Position numbers and translations under genes: made by a program. The notes under the pieces were generated by a model that saw only the letters and a program-made list of their open reading frames with translations, made no database searches and was not told where the DNA came from. 64,000 nt of DNA from Antedon mediterranea. Lineage: Eukaryota > Animalia > Echinodermata. Below are positions 1 to 12,700 of the stretch, piece by piece. The stretch covers positions 2,175,788 through 2,239,787 of the forward strand of contig NC_092676.1 in the NCBI RefSeq assembly GCF_964355755.1. The letters run 5' to 3'. Every line of letters begins with the position of its first letter. The first letter of the stretch is position 1.

Positions 1-283
1 CTTCATGTCATGTTTTATTAGTTCTTATTATTGGTTTCATTAAATTGCAATAAGTCCACTTCCCGGGGGAGCTACTCCTATCATAGCGTGCCAATACCAC
101 ACTCCCCAGGGGAGTGTTGCTATCATTCTCACTAATTGACTATCTTCCCAGGTACCCATTTACCTACTCAACTCATAAGTTCACAGATATTATTTTGATT
201 TGCCAAAGGTCGCAAGTGTTTGAAATTGAAACTGTTGACCTCCTCTTGAGCTTTTGATGTTTTTCTGTTGTTACATTTGACTA

Positions 284-492
284 CACTCAGTGGTGTAACG
301 GCTATGAGTGCTCACTGGCTAAACCTAGGGGCCTCAAATTCACTCAGTGGTATAACGGCTATGAGCGCTCACTGGCTAAACCCAGGAGCCTCAAATTCAC
401 TCAGTGCCGTAACGGCTATGAGCGCTCACTGGCTAAACCCAGGAGCCTCGAATTCACTCAGTGGTGGAACGGCTATGAGCACCCAGGGGCCC
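284..492. repeat. 57-bp tandem minisatellite, about 3.6 copies, in a TULP4 intron
   Basis: Unit CACTCAGTGG...GCCTCAAATT restarts at 284, 341, 398 and 455; it explains the repetitive 268..501 ORF. Confidence 0.9.
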
Positions 493-1228
493 ATAGTATG
501 AGCAGTTCCAATGTGCTTTTAGGTGTACAAAATCAGGGGCCTTTTGTCCCCTGCGTTACGCAACTGACTATATATTCTTCAATTTATTATTAATTAACTC
601 ATTAGTGAGTGGTTACTTTTTTGATGATTTTACCAGTGAAATGAATGTCTCAACGGTCAAAAAAGTTCAATAATATTGTTGTTTATTATTAAAATTTAAA
701 ATCATTATAACAGAAAATTATTGTTTTATTACTTGATGATATGACTACTATTAGTACTGTTGTACGTTGTTATTATTATATTTCTTAAAATTATTCATAA
801 AAATATAAATCATACTAAAATACAAAGAACTTAGGAGGTCAAAGTTTATAAGTTTGATAATTACAGTATATATGAAGTTTATCTTGAGCTAATTATACCA
901 CATATAAATCTGCAATAATAACAGATTTAAACAATTAACCTTTTTCTGACAAAAAATGAGAGATTACACAAAAGGATGAAGAGTATGTGATACGTAAAGG
1001 TAAAATATATTTTTTTTATATTTAATGAGAAATTGCTGATTTTAAGATAATCTATTCAAACATTTATTTTATCCTACAACAGGAACGGGAGAAGATTACA
1101 TTTCAGGACACAAAAACAAATTAAAAGTACAAGATACTAAACATAAAAAAAAGACACCAGAAATAAATCACATTAAATATAAAGGGGGGAGGGGGAGAAA
1201 CAGAAAAGAGGTTCAACGTCAAGAATAC

Positions 1229-1390
1229 CTGTTTGTCATCTGGTGTCCATGTTCCACAGGTCAATCTACCATCTAATTGTAACATAGATGACCAGTACCG
1301 TTGACCAGCCACTGAGCCTACCAATACAAATCCATCTTTATAACAAATCAACGCCGTTCTTCCATCATGGCTCCATGCAAAGTCACTCAC
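1229..1390 (-). CDS. TULP4: TULP4 coding exon 3 (WD40 region); gene continues beyond the left edge
   Basis: VSDFAWSHDGRTALICYKDGFVLVGSVAGQRYWSS...CGTWTPDDKQ matches TULP4; AG/GT boundaries, 162 nt, phase 0-0. Confidence 0.93.
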
Positions 1391-1448
1391 CTAAAAATAA
1401 CGTATTTACATAGGAACTTAAGCTTTGAATTGGCTACCAAATATATGA

Positions 1449-1538
1449 AGCTCTGTCTACACTATCAAACTAGTGATATAACTTCATCATGTCCATATAT
1501 GGGCACATCACATTTAGTTTGATAGTGTAGACAGAGCT
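1449..1538. mobile_element. Short MITE, PIF/Harbinger-like family
   Basis: Terminal inverted repeats AGCTCTGTCTACACTATCAAACT / AGTTTGATAGTGTAGACAGAGCT; same family at 1796, ~36000 and 56048. Confidence 0.75.
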
Positions 1539-1567
1539 TTAGGAATAGTAATCAAGCTATATTTTAC

Positions 1568-1696
1568 CTGACATGCACGATCATTGACCAGTTCTATTGA
1601 CCATCGTCCTTCATATTTAATCCAAACAAAAATGATTCCATCAACATCGCATGTTGCTAATTTTTGGAAAGGTTCATTCCAACGTACTAATACTAC
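1568..1696 (-). CDS. TULP4: TULP4 coding exon 2
   Basis: VVLVRWNEPFQKLATCDVDGIIFVWIKYEGRWSIELVNDRACQ; CAG acceptor, GT donor, 129 nt. Confidence 0.93.
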
Positions 1697-1795
1697 CTGA
1701 AAAACGAAATGTACAAACATGATTGCGAGTTTTCAATAACTGTGAATAATGGGAAATGGTGTTTTTTTATTGGAATTTCAATAACTACCATCTAA

Positions 1796-1893
1796 AGCTC
1801 TGTCTACACTATCAAACTAGCTTGATGTGCCCAAATATGTCTATGGACACATCAAATTTTGTCACATAAAGTTTGACAGTGTAGACAAGGCCT
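1796..1893. mobile_element. Short MITE, same family as 1449
   Basis: Same left TIR, degenerate right TIR, TAA on both flanks. Confidence 0.7.
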
Positions 1894-1924
1894 TAAATTA
1901 TAATAAAATAGCATTGGACAGTAC

Positions 1925-2176
1925 CTCACTATTGTGACCTCTTAAATTAAAATTTGTTCTAGTTGGAGAGTTGGTAGTTTTCTTGCAGTGACTTGTGGTA
2001 AATGTTGTGCCGATAATTCCTTTTGCGTTTCCACTTGCCAGCCAGCCTTCCGACACGCATCGTTTCCGTACATGCGTCTTATCTTTTTCGCTGGCAGGAA
2101 CCGCACCCTTCCACGATAATGATCGAATACAGCAGTCACTTCTTGATGCAGGGTTTTGTTCCAATACAGCATACAT
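1925..2176 (-). CDS. TULP4: TULP4 first coding exon
   Basis: MYAVLEQNP...LSWKGAVP...EGWLASGN...TNFNLRGHNSE matches the TULP4 N-terminus; GAG|GT donor at 1925/1924, 252 nt. Confidence 0.93.
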
Positions 2177-3460
2177 GGTAAACAGGAATGATTTTAGGAA
2201 CCGCTTTATTCGCGTTTATTTAATTGATTTCTGTCCTGCAAATATAAAAAAATGTTTGTTTAAAACAGTTTGGAATTATCTTGAAAAAATAACAATAGGA
2301 TATTATTATTACTAATACTAATTTAGGCCTTCTACACAGTACTAATTTAGGCCGAGCCTATGCCTAGTACAGTAGTATAATTTGAATGAAAAAATGATGG
2401 CAAGCTAAAACAATATAAAAAACTTCACATTTTAATACTAATAATAGAGTAATACTAATACTAATAGAGAGGTCGATCTTTCTATCGGATACGCTCTGTT
2501 CTGGTATGGCATGGGCTCAACTAGCTAAAGCTACAAGTACATATTTATCTCTGCAGCCTAGGAACCTACGCTACAGCCTAAAGGTAACACTATAGGGGAC
2601 CTAGGCCTAGCTATAGAGGCCTAATAATTAAACAAGAGAGGAGATTATTGGAACCTGCTCTCTGTCTTGGCCAGCCTACATTTTTCATTAAAATAACACA
2701 AAATATAGTACTAACGTATTGGTTTGTCCTGTAGTTCAGTGTGATTCATAAACAAAAGGAGATAAACTACCATACAATCATACTTTATTATCATTCTCTC
2801 TAGCCTGGAGGTGTCGAATCCCATTCATTGCGATGTCCTTTTAAGTGTTCTTTCCACCGTCGAAAACAAAGAATCGTCCTCGTCGTCGGCCTTGGTCTGT
2901 GGCTCTCTCAGCTCTGCTCTCTCTGATCTCGCGACGTACGACGACGATCGACGGTGATGAAATGAGAGAAATATAAAACGCAGGGCGCCCTCTCTAAATA
3001 TCTACGCAATTTACTTCAAAACGAAAAAGATCTTTGCTTCAAAATAATTTTTGGTCAAAGTGAATATAAAAATGATTAATAAACTTATACAGTATATATT
3101 TTTGCATAATTTTTCAGGGGAACACTATAAATAAACATAAAAGAACAACATAATCCTAATTCTACAGTAAGCCAGTCAAAAAATATTTCTATTTATTTGT
3201 AAATAATTTATTTCTCAGTAAAAACTAAAAGTAAGAAAATAAAAGGTTACAGTAAATAAAATTCAATAAATAAAAAAATAATAATATTATTTTATAGCAA
3301 CAATTATAATAATAAAAAAAAAAATAAGAGTAGTAAAACGAGTAACGTGAGACCAACAAAAAATGTATAACTATAATACATCTAAATCAGCTAAAAGGGT
3401 GTCACTGTCTACTTTTTTGAAAGGGTTGTCTTTTATTTCCACCACGTAAATAAAACAACA

Positions 3461-3699
3461 ACTTCCTAAAAACCAGAAACTTTCCAACATCAACTGAATG
3501 TATCATAGTTGTGGAAATTTTCAGATGATCGAATCATGGAACTTTCCATGATCGAATAGAAGAATGACTAAATTGAGGGCAGCAGACTATTTAATACACT
3601 GTATATAATTATACTGTCATTCTTGGTACCGGATACTGTGTACAATAAGGAAGTGAATCCAACTGTACAATACGAACAAGTAATTGTAGAAAGAACAAG
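3461..3699 (+). promoter_or_regulatory. Putative promoter and non-coding first exon of TRIM copy T1, with kB-like and ETS-like motifs
   Basis: GAAACTTTCC 3476-3485, GGAAATTTTC 3513-3522, GGAACTTTCC 3538-3547, AGGAAGT cores at 3461 (minus) and ~3648; strong donor AAG|GTAAG at 3699; acceptor CACAG at 4309 just before the ATG. Confidence 0.4.
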
Positions 3700-4320
3700 G
3701 TAAGAAGACTGTTTAACTTCCCTTACACATTTTTAATTTTTATTCAATGTAATTGTACCAGGAAAGGTACAATTAAAATGTTTATACCTACCTGATTGTT
3801 CCATATTATTATTTTATGGCCTTTGGTGTATAAAAATAATTATATAAAAGGCATATAGGATATAATAATATATAGGCCTACGTTAGGTACTGTTATTTAT
3901 ATAGGGCATTTTTTGATTGTAACAAAAACAAATGGCAATACAAAAATTGTGTGAACATTCTCTCATACTGTAGATATGAGAAGCAATTTAAAAAAGGTTA
4001 TTTATAACCATTCATGGTCACTTTCCAACCCTTATGTAAAATCTTGTTCACTCGACTCCCAACAGGGCGGGGCTGATTTTTTACCTTACTTGGAAAAGCT
4101 TTTCTTTTCTTTGAAAGCTCACTTCTGTTGAATGATCAAATAAAACGAGAACAAATTTTACAAATAAGATTTTCAGAAATATTATCAGTAGATAAATATA
4201 AATGGAATTTAGCATGTCATATTTTATTTCATTTTATTTTATTTCATCTTCATATCCAACAGCGACCAAAGTCGCCCATTTAAAACAGTATATTTATGAT
4301 TGTTCACAGGTTAATCCAAG

Positions 4321-6438
4321 ATGGCTGCCAGTAAGGTGAATAAGTTCCTAGAAGACATCAACGAACATCTTGAATGTAGCATATGCACTGATCAACTTAA
4401 GGATCCAAAAACTTTGAACTGTCTACACACCTTCTGTATGACATGTCTAGAAAAATGGGTGACAACTAAAGGGACACTAACTTGCCCCACATGCTGCAAA
4501 ACATATCCAATTCCAGAGGGCGGGCTTCACAAGCTTGCACCGAATACATTTCTAAACAACATACTTGAAACTGTTGAACACTTTTTGGAAAAGGATGAAA
4601 AGACTTGTGTTTGTGGATTGGGTGAAAAAGTGGAAAGTTACTGTCAGGATTGTAAGGAGTACATATGTTCCATTTGTTGCGCCAGTCATAAAGGAATTCC
4701 AGCCTTGAGAAGTCACAAGCTATATTCCATGAATGATATGAAAGAAATGAGTCAAATTGAGATTACCTCATTGCATCCTTCACAGTGTCTGCTTCATGGT
4801 GAACCTTTGGAATATTACTGTCAGGATTGTGAAGACCCAATCTGTATGAATTGTACAATCATGGGCCACAGAGATTGTGTAGGAAGGCAAAAGCCAATAG
4901 CAATTTCAGAGGCATTCAAAACATTAAAGGAAACTTCAGCAGAATTAGAAAAGGATGTCTATACTTATACAACAGAATTAGAAAACAGCTTAAAAGAGGT
5001 TCATGAGGTTGATACAGAACTGGAAAAAAATAAAGCAAAATCTTTGCAAGATATTGAAAAGTATGTACAAGAAACCATCAAGACAATAAAAAAGAATGGA
5101 GAGGCAATGGAAAAGCAAGTGAAAACAATTTATGAAATGAAAAAGACAGAGATTGATGAACAAAGAAGTGAATTAAGACAAACAGTAACTGATGTGAAGA
5201 CGAAACTGAATTTACTTCATAAATTATTGAAAGGCAATGAAGTATCAGCAATGAAATTAGGTAAAACGGTAGTTAAAGGACTGGCAGACAGGGTTAATGA
5301 TTTACCAAAAACAGACAAAATTGATGATGGACAAACTGACTTTTGTCAAATCAAACAGCAATTTGTTCAACTACAAGAGTTCAACCCTGACAATTTAAAA
5401 AAAGTGACAGCTAACTGTCTAACATTAACAGGAAATAAGTCTGTGATAGAAAATGAAACCATTGTAATAAAAGTAAGAAAACAAACGGAATGTGAAGTAG
5501 ATGCAAGTCAACTGAATGCAACATGGATAACACAGCATGCACAGGAAGAAGTAAAGTTTGAAGAAGAAAATGGAGAATATGTCTTGACAAAAAAAATTAC
5601 AAGCATAGGAGTTTGTAGATTAGATGTGACAGTTGATGGTAAATACATCAGAAATTCACCAATGAAAATCACAGTAGAAAAAGAACTAATCAATTCTATC
5701 AACCTAGGCTTGGTTGGTCAAGATGTACTCAGGTATAAAGATGATTGCTTGCTGGTTTCATGTTGCACAAATGTAATACTTAAGTGTAAGACATCAGGAG
5801 AATACATTGGTAAAATTGAACTACCAAAAGGTACACAAGTTTACAGAATGTTCAAAATGAAGAATGGTGACATAGCATTCAGTGACAATGTCAGGAAGTG
5901 CATTACAATATGCACAATGGATGGTGAGGTGGTTAGAACATTTGGTCAAGGAGTATTGAAATTTCTAAGAGATATCTATGTAGATGAAGTGTCAGATGTT
6001 GTCTATGTAGCAGATTCTGATAATGGTACAGTGGTATTGGACCTTGGTAGTGGACAGGTCATCAATAGATGGACACAACCTAATACTTATGTCCGAGATG
6101 TTACTATGACGAACCAACGACAGATTCTCATATTGGACTCGCGTCATGGATTACTACTAGCTGGTAATAATGGAAGACTAATCAAAGTTCTTGTTGAAAT
6201 ATCGGATAATGTTGTGTTTGGAAAACTGACAAACCCCAGTGCAGTAGTAGTTGATAAACATGATAACATCATCGTATCAAGTCGGTATAATGTGCAACTT
6301 TTTGACAAAGATGGTAAATTCATAAAAGTGATAGGTGAAATAAAGGGTTCATTAGAAATATGCATCATTTCACATCAGCCGCGAAAGATTGCTGTAACTA
6401 ATCAGTATGACAAAACATTGCAAATATTTAATTACTAA
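4321..6438 (+). CDS. TRIM-NHL E3 ligase copy T1 (RING, 2 B-box, coiled coil, filamin-like, NHL propeller), 705 aa, single coding exon
   Basis: C3HC4 RING CSIC...CLHTFCMTC...CPTC; B-boxes; filamin-type end VTVDGKYIRNSPMKITV; NHL repeats such as PSAVVVDKHDNIIVS...[11 protein letters not shown]. Confidence 0.9.
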   Translation: MAASKVNKFLEDINEHLECSICTDQLKDPKTLNCLHTFCMTCLEKWVTTKGTLTCPTCCKTYPIPEGGLHKLAPNTFLNNILETVEHFLEKDEKTCVCGLGEKVESYCQDCKEYICSICCASHKGIPALRSHKLYSMNDMKEMSQIEITSLHPSQCLLHGEPLEYYCQDCEDPICMNCTIMGHRDCVGRQKPIAISEAFKTLKETSAELEKDVYTYTTELENSLKEVHEVDTELEKNKAKSLQDIEKYVQETIKTIKKNGEAMEKQVKTIYEMKKTEIDEQRSELRQTVTDVKTKLNLLHKLLKGNEVSAMKLGKTVVKGLADRVNDLPKTDKIDDGQTDFCQIKQQFVQLQEFNPDNLKKVTANCLTLTGNKSVIENETIVIKVRKQTECEVDASQLNATWITQHAQEEVKFEEENGEYVLTKKITSIGVCRLDVTVDGKYIRNSPMKITVEKELINSINLGLVGQDVLRYKDDCLLVSCCTNVILKCKTSGEYIGKIELPKGTQVYRMFKMKNGDIAFSDNVRKCITICTMDGEVVRTFGQGVLKFLRDIYVDEVSDVVYVADSDNGTVVLDLGSGQVINRWTQPNTYVRDVTMTNQRQILILDSRHGLLLAGNNGRLIKVLVEISDNVVFGKLTNPSAVVVDKHDNIIVSSRYNVQLFDKDGKFIKVIGEIKGSLEICIISHQPRKIAVTNQYDKTLQIFNY

Positions 6439-6643
6439 AACATAGGAATATGTTTTCCTTAAAGTGTCTTTTAGAAATAAACTTTGTTCTTCTGAAGAAG
6501 TCGGAGTGCTAGCAGATTAAATACAGTATGTTATTATCCAGTTTTGAGATTCAAAGTTTAAATGGTTGAATTGTTATATTACCTACACAGATGAACTTCT
6601 TTACTAATATATTAAAAACGCACTTAAAATCAATCTTAAAATT

Positions 6644-6920
6644 ATTGCTCCAGAAACAACAATTTGGACGGACAGATGGGCTGCCTACAATCACATCCAA
6701 AATCAAGGATTTGACCATGGTACTGTAAATCACTAAAGACATTTTGTAGATCCAGCGACAGACGTCTGTACAAATTGAGTTGATGTGGTCAAGAGTCATG
6801 GCTGAAATAAAGGTGCAACAAGGGCCAACTAATCCAGAATTGATCCCCGAGTACCTGGCAGAATATGTGATTGGGAGATTTGCTGTCTCGGCATTTTACA
6901 ATCTGTGGCACAGATATATA
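6644..6920 (+). mobile_element. Decayed Merlin (IS1016/IS1595-like) transposase fragment
   Basis: Manual translation IAPETTIWTDRWAAYNHIQNQGFDHGTVNH*RHFVDPATDVCTN*...WSRV...LIPEYLAEY resembles the DDE_Tnp_IS1595 C-terminal motifs; contains stops and a frameshift. Confidence 0.75.
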
Positions 6921-7004
6921 TGCTGTTAATTAACGACAAGGCAGTCTTACATTTTTCCGCTTTCTATACAATTGATAAGAAGAAGAAAATAGAGAATAAG
7001 TCTT

Positions 7005-7496
7005 GACAAATATAAAGATAATTGCTTGGTGGTTTCACCAAAAGTATAAGACATCTGGAGAACAAATTGGTAAAATTAGACTACCAGAAGGTACGGAAGT
7101 TTATCGAATGTTCAAAATGAAGAATGGTGACAGAACGAAGAATATTTACAATGGATGTTAACAGACAGATTCTCATATAGGACTCACGTCATGGATTACT
7201 ACTAGCTGGTAATAATGGAAATATATAAATAAATCAAAGTTCTTGTTGAAATATCGGATAATGTTGTGTTTGGAAAACTGACAAACCCCACCCCAATGCA
7301 GTAGTAGTTGATAAACATGATAACATCATTTTATCAAGTGAATACAATGTGCAACTCTTTGATAAAGATGATAAATTCATAAAAGTGATTATTGAAAAAA
7401 AACTTTCATTGGGAATATGCATCATTTCACATCAGCCGCGAAACATTGCTGTAACAAATCAGTGTGACGAAACATTGCAAATAATTAGTTACTAAA
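7005..7496 (+). pseudogene. Orphan TRIM NHL-region fragment
   Basis: Deleted, frameshifted homolog of the last ~700 nt of the TRIM ORFs, ending ...ATTAGTTACTAA. Confidence 0.85.
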
Positions 7497-8224
7497 ACAT
7501 ACGAAAATGTTGCCTATACAATTGTATCAACAATTATACTAAAATTAAATATTTTAAAATTTAATTACCATTCTCTAGGATATATACAGTATATATATTC
7601 GGCCCAATGCCATCATAACAGATAATGACCTTAGATCCAAAGATCATTAATATTTATTTTTACTCATTATTTATTTATCATTTGAATATTATTAAACTAA
7701 GTTTATAAACTATTCCTGCTATTGTATACAATAAAGAAAAAAAATGCAAGATTTAATGATCATTATTTATTAAACATTTCTATATTATTATTTATTATCA
7801 TCTATTATTAAGTTTATAAACTCCTCTACTGGTGACAGCTACTACAGAGCCGTTCTCCAGGACAAATAATGTAAGAAAATATTATTATTATTGGAAAATA
7901 TTAAACCAATCTGATACTGATAGTGAAAATGAGCTAAGCTTTGCATTTAATAGAAATATTGCAGGATCTCGCAAAATAATAAAAAGCAAAAACAGAATGT
8001 TTTTTTAATTGTTGGATTCCAGAATGTATTGTTGATGGTTGGTACATAATGCTTGTATTTCTTGTCATGTGTTTATATGTATCATATAGACATAAAAGCT
8101 GAATACAATTTATACACAATAACAAAATAAAAAAAGTGAAAAGTGTACAAAATAATAAACATAATATAGTTAAAAAGTTATAGTTATAAAATAAAGTTTG
8201 CTTTTAAGAATAAAGGTAACTTGG

Positions 8225-8445
8225 TTTAATCTGTTCTGATTTTTTCAACTTTGGAAACTTTTAAAATGACAAACCCATCAGCAGTAGGCACAGTAGTTGG
8301 TAAGATACATTGACTATTTGATGAACAAAGTATATACAGTACATAGTGATTGGTCAAACATGGGCACAAGGATTACGCATCATTTGACATAGCCAACGGA
8401 ATAACAAATCAGCTTGAAAAAATACTACAAATATTTAATTGCAAA
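8225..8445 (+). pseudogene. Highly decayed TRIM NHL tail fragment
   Basis: TGACAAACCC...GCAGTAG, GTGATTGGT...GGATTACGCATCATTT and CAAATATTTAATT match the TRIM 3' end. Confidence 0.55.
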
Positions 8446-9734
8446 AAACATAAGTATCAACCCAATTTAAAAAATCTTTTTTAATAGAGCGTTTCAATTT
8501 TGTAATACAGGTACCTATTCTAAGTAAATCAATTTAAAGCTGGTAAAATAATCAACTTGATCTGATTTCAAAATGGCAGGATATTCCTTTTTCCCCTGTA
8601 GATTTTGAAAAATTAGGTGACTAAGTTAAAGGTTAACAAAGAACAAAGAACTAGTCGCCAATTTCATAGAAATCAGCTAAAAATTGAACAGAAAGCACAA
8701 CAATAAGGAAATAATTGAAACTGTATCCATGGTAAAATAGAGAACATGATCTTACGTGCAAAAATGAAAATGAAACAATAAAAGGAAATAAAACAAAGAA
8801 AAAACAACCAAACTAACAGTAATTACAACATTGAGTAAAGAGGCAGGATCACAGAAACTGCTAACAAAGTTTGTACATCTAGATGTGACTAGGTTGATGA
8901 AAATTACTTCAAATGACTAAAATCACACTTGCAAAAAGTTTTTACTGTGAAGGTAAGCGGTAACAGTTCTTTTATATTTTCTTTTCCACCAAAACCCAAT
9001 CTACAGTATTAGTCCTTTGTTGTAAATATTCATGTATAATTAAAATGTTTGACGATAACTGTATATTTTGTTTTGAATTTTCAATCATTTTACAGTATTT
9101 TAACTTTGGCCAATTCACCATATTTTATAATTGTGCAATATGATGTATTTTTCTTGCATATTTTATTGTCTTAATTATGCTAAGCAAAATGAATTTCCAT
9201 TTTAAGTGGACCAATAAAATTGAATCTTGAACCTTTATATTGAAAGAAAAATATATACTATAGTAACCCTCTATTTTGATGCAAGATTTAAGAAATTTTA
9301 ATCGTCAACTTTAAAAGGGAAATTCATCTTTGCATAATTAAGACAATAAGAAAATACATCAAATTGCTAAAGGCAATGTTAAAATACTATTTGTAGGCCT
9401 ATGTTAAAATACTATTAAAAACTGCAGATTCCAAAAACGCCAAGTCTGCAATAATAATGTTACTTTAAATTCTGAATAAACCATAAATAATTTGGACTAC
9501 TTAAAAAAATATACTTGTCATTTTAGGAAAATATAATTTAAATTTGCCTAATGCATGGATGAATGGATTTTCTTCCTAATGTAGTTTAGAGGATGCGGTA
9601 GAGGACGTTTAAATATATTATAGGCAAAAGGTAATGCAGTATAAAGAGCCTTAGCCTTAGCTGCAGGTAGTTACCGTTTCCGAACATTTTCATTTTCAGA
9701 AATTTAGAAAATCAATACTGTTTTATTTGGTAAA

Positions 9735-12700
9735 ATGGCTGCTAAATCAACAGGTACAGTATAAATTATAATAATTTAACCATATGAGGATAACTCCAAA
9801 TAAAAGATAATCATATTTTTTAAAATGTTAACGTTAAATTCTTAAAACGTGTTCTGTCTTATTTGGTGTTATACCCTTGTATTATTTTACCTGAAACAAT
9901 TAGTACAGTAGGCCTATAGTACATCACCTGGATTGTAGAGGATGCTCTAATTCACATAACCCTTTTGCTCCTGTAAAATTCTATATACTGTATTTACAAA
10001 TAGGCCTATACTGTAAACTGTATTTTTTAAATCATCACTTATTACTTAAAATTTTTTCTTAATACAAGTTTTCTTTCCTTTCATTTTCTTAGAAATATCT
10101 GAAAAATCTTTTAGACAGGCTTTAGTAAGTTTTTCAACTTGGTATGATGAACGGTCACTTCTAAAGCAACTGAAAGTTTTGTATGAAGGTTACATTTCAG
10201 TAGCTGCATTAGATAAAGCTTCTACAACAATGGACTTGCTGAATAACTTATGTGATTCTAGTGACCTGAGTTCAAAGGATCTCACCCTTCTCTATGATAC
10301 AATAAAGGCCACTAAACAGTTCGGTATTGTAGACAAACTTCGAATTTACATTCCATCCTTTCCTGAAGTTAAAGAAATCATTATTACAAAATTCAGCCAT
10401 CATCAACAAAAGATTCTGAATTTAGGCAATGAACTGATACTGGAGGATGTGAGAAAAATTGATAATGTGCTTAATTTTCCTCCAATGAACTATCGGGATG
10501 GATGGAGTCTTCTTCTGGATTTACACCACAAACAAATCATTTGTGAAGAAAAAGAAAAAATGGATGAATTTATTACGACCTTAAAGGATCTTGGACTACC
10601 ACGAGCTGTAGCAACTCTTAGTAAAGGTATGTCATGATTTTCATGGAATATTTCAAAACATGGTTATTATTTTAAACAATGTATAAAAAACCTGATACAA
10701 TCAACTCCCCCAATACCGGACACCCTTTGGCTGGCCTAATATGTCTGATTTTCCAGAAAGTCTGGTATTGAGAATGCGTTTTTAATGGTAAAAATGAATT
10801 TGGGACCTTTTAAACCTCAAGAAAAGTCTGGTTTTGTGAGAGTCTGGTTGAGAGTTGATTGTAATGCCATTTCATTATAGCCAATTGTAAATAATTATTA
10901 TTATTAAGTCAAGGAACACATCAATAAATTTGAAGGCAAAAATCCATTCTCATATATTACTAATCAAATCATCAAACTGTATTACAGATGTTCAGATATC
11001 GGTAACTCTGCAAAAGACCAGTGGATCTACGAAGAGAAAGTGGGTCGCAAAAAAAACAAATCTGCTCCCTTTTAAATCTCTAAAAAAGAAAAAAAAGGCA
11101 TGTGATGTAGACATTAGTGAAAACAGCCCATTTAATCTTGATGAAAAACTGCAATCATTACAAAGAACTGTTGATGAAATTCAGCACACTTTGCAAACTG
11201 TCTCGGAAGTTAGTCCACTATTACTAAGCGCTATTAATGGAAAACTTCAATCTTTACCACTTAGTAGAGGAAATAGGTCACCTGTATTAGCAGTTATTGA
11301 TAGTAACCTGCAATCATTGCAAAGGACTATTAATGGAAATCTTCAGTCATCACAGGGTACTCCCATTGATGTTAGATCATCTGAACTAAGAAGCATTGAT
11401 AACAACTTGAAATTTTTACGAAATTTTCTTGAAGAAAAACAACAAACTTTGTCAATCGTTACACCAAACGTGTCAGAATTTATTTGTCAATTTGACAAAC
11501 ATAAAGATGCTGTACCATTAGATGAGGGGGAAAAGATGATTTTGAAACTGGAAAACCTAATTGATTTTTTCAAACAACGTGGGTTAAAATTAACCAAAGC
11601 AGAACACGGTTCTATAATATTCAACTTATCTGTGCTGGATACCATTGCTCTGATACATCTAAGAGAAATGTATCAAAGTGGAGAGCTTCTTTTAAAGCTA
11701 TCAGAAATATTAGTGGCAGAGGAACATCAGCCCACATTTCAAATGGAATGGATAACTTATATTAATGAAACCAAATACAAAGAAGCACTTTGTATGCTTG
11801 AAGAAGGTAAGAAATAATTTGTTGAAATTACATTTTATACACCTGATCAGAAATAGGCCTCTATATACTGTAGCTACTGTTGTCTACTGTATACATGTAA
11901 TCTATTCGATCTATTTTATTCTGCAGAAAGATAGATATAATTTCACATGAAATTTTAAATGAAATGGAAATAATAAACAAGTTGTTTTTAATCGTTAGGG
12001 AATGGATTGAGCTGTTAAATTGTTTTGAGCTATTAAACTTTAATTATTATTTCCAAAAGTGCAAAGAAACACCATGTTATCATGTTATTTATCTTGAATT
12101 TCAGATGACAAGTTATATTCCATACATGATATGATGGAAATGAGCTCAGATGAGATAGCATCTTTGCATCCTTCACAGTGCAAGATTCACAGTAAACCTT
12201 TGGATTATTACTGCAAGGATTGTGAACACCCAATCTGTGCAAGTTGTAGGCCTTCAATGTTGGGTCACAGAAATTGTCCATGCAAACAAAAGCCCATAAA
12301 AATTTCAGAAGAATTTAAATCATTTAAGAAAACGTCAAAAGAAATCGAAAAGGATGCAAATACTTATAAAACAGAATTAGATAACAGGTTACCAGCAATT
12401 TATGACATTGATACAGAACTGGATAAAAATAAATCAAATTGTTTGCAAGATATTGAAGATTACGTACAAGAAACCATCAAGACAATCAAAAAGAATGGAG
12501 AGATAATGAAGAAACAAGCAAAAACAATTTATGAAATGAAAAAGACAGAGATCGATGAACAAATGAATGAATTAACAACAAAAATATCTGATGTGGAAAA
12601 AAAACTTAATTTTCTTCATCAAATATTGAAAGGCAATGCAGTATCAGCAATTGAATCTGGTAAAATGATTGTCAAAGCACTGAGAGACAGAATTAATGAG

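Noticed and set aside
268-501. 77-aa repetitive ORF, or a CRISPR-like array
   Set aside because: Head-to-tail 57-bp minisatellite with no unique spacers, in a eukaryotic intron; no cas genes.
2978-2997. Possible CTCF site between TULP4 and the TRIM array
   Set aside because: Only the GAGGGCGC half matches; too weak without a motif scan.
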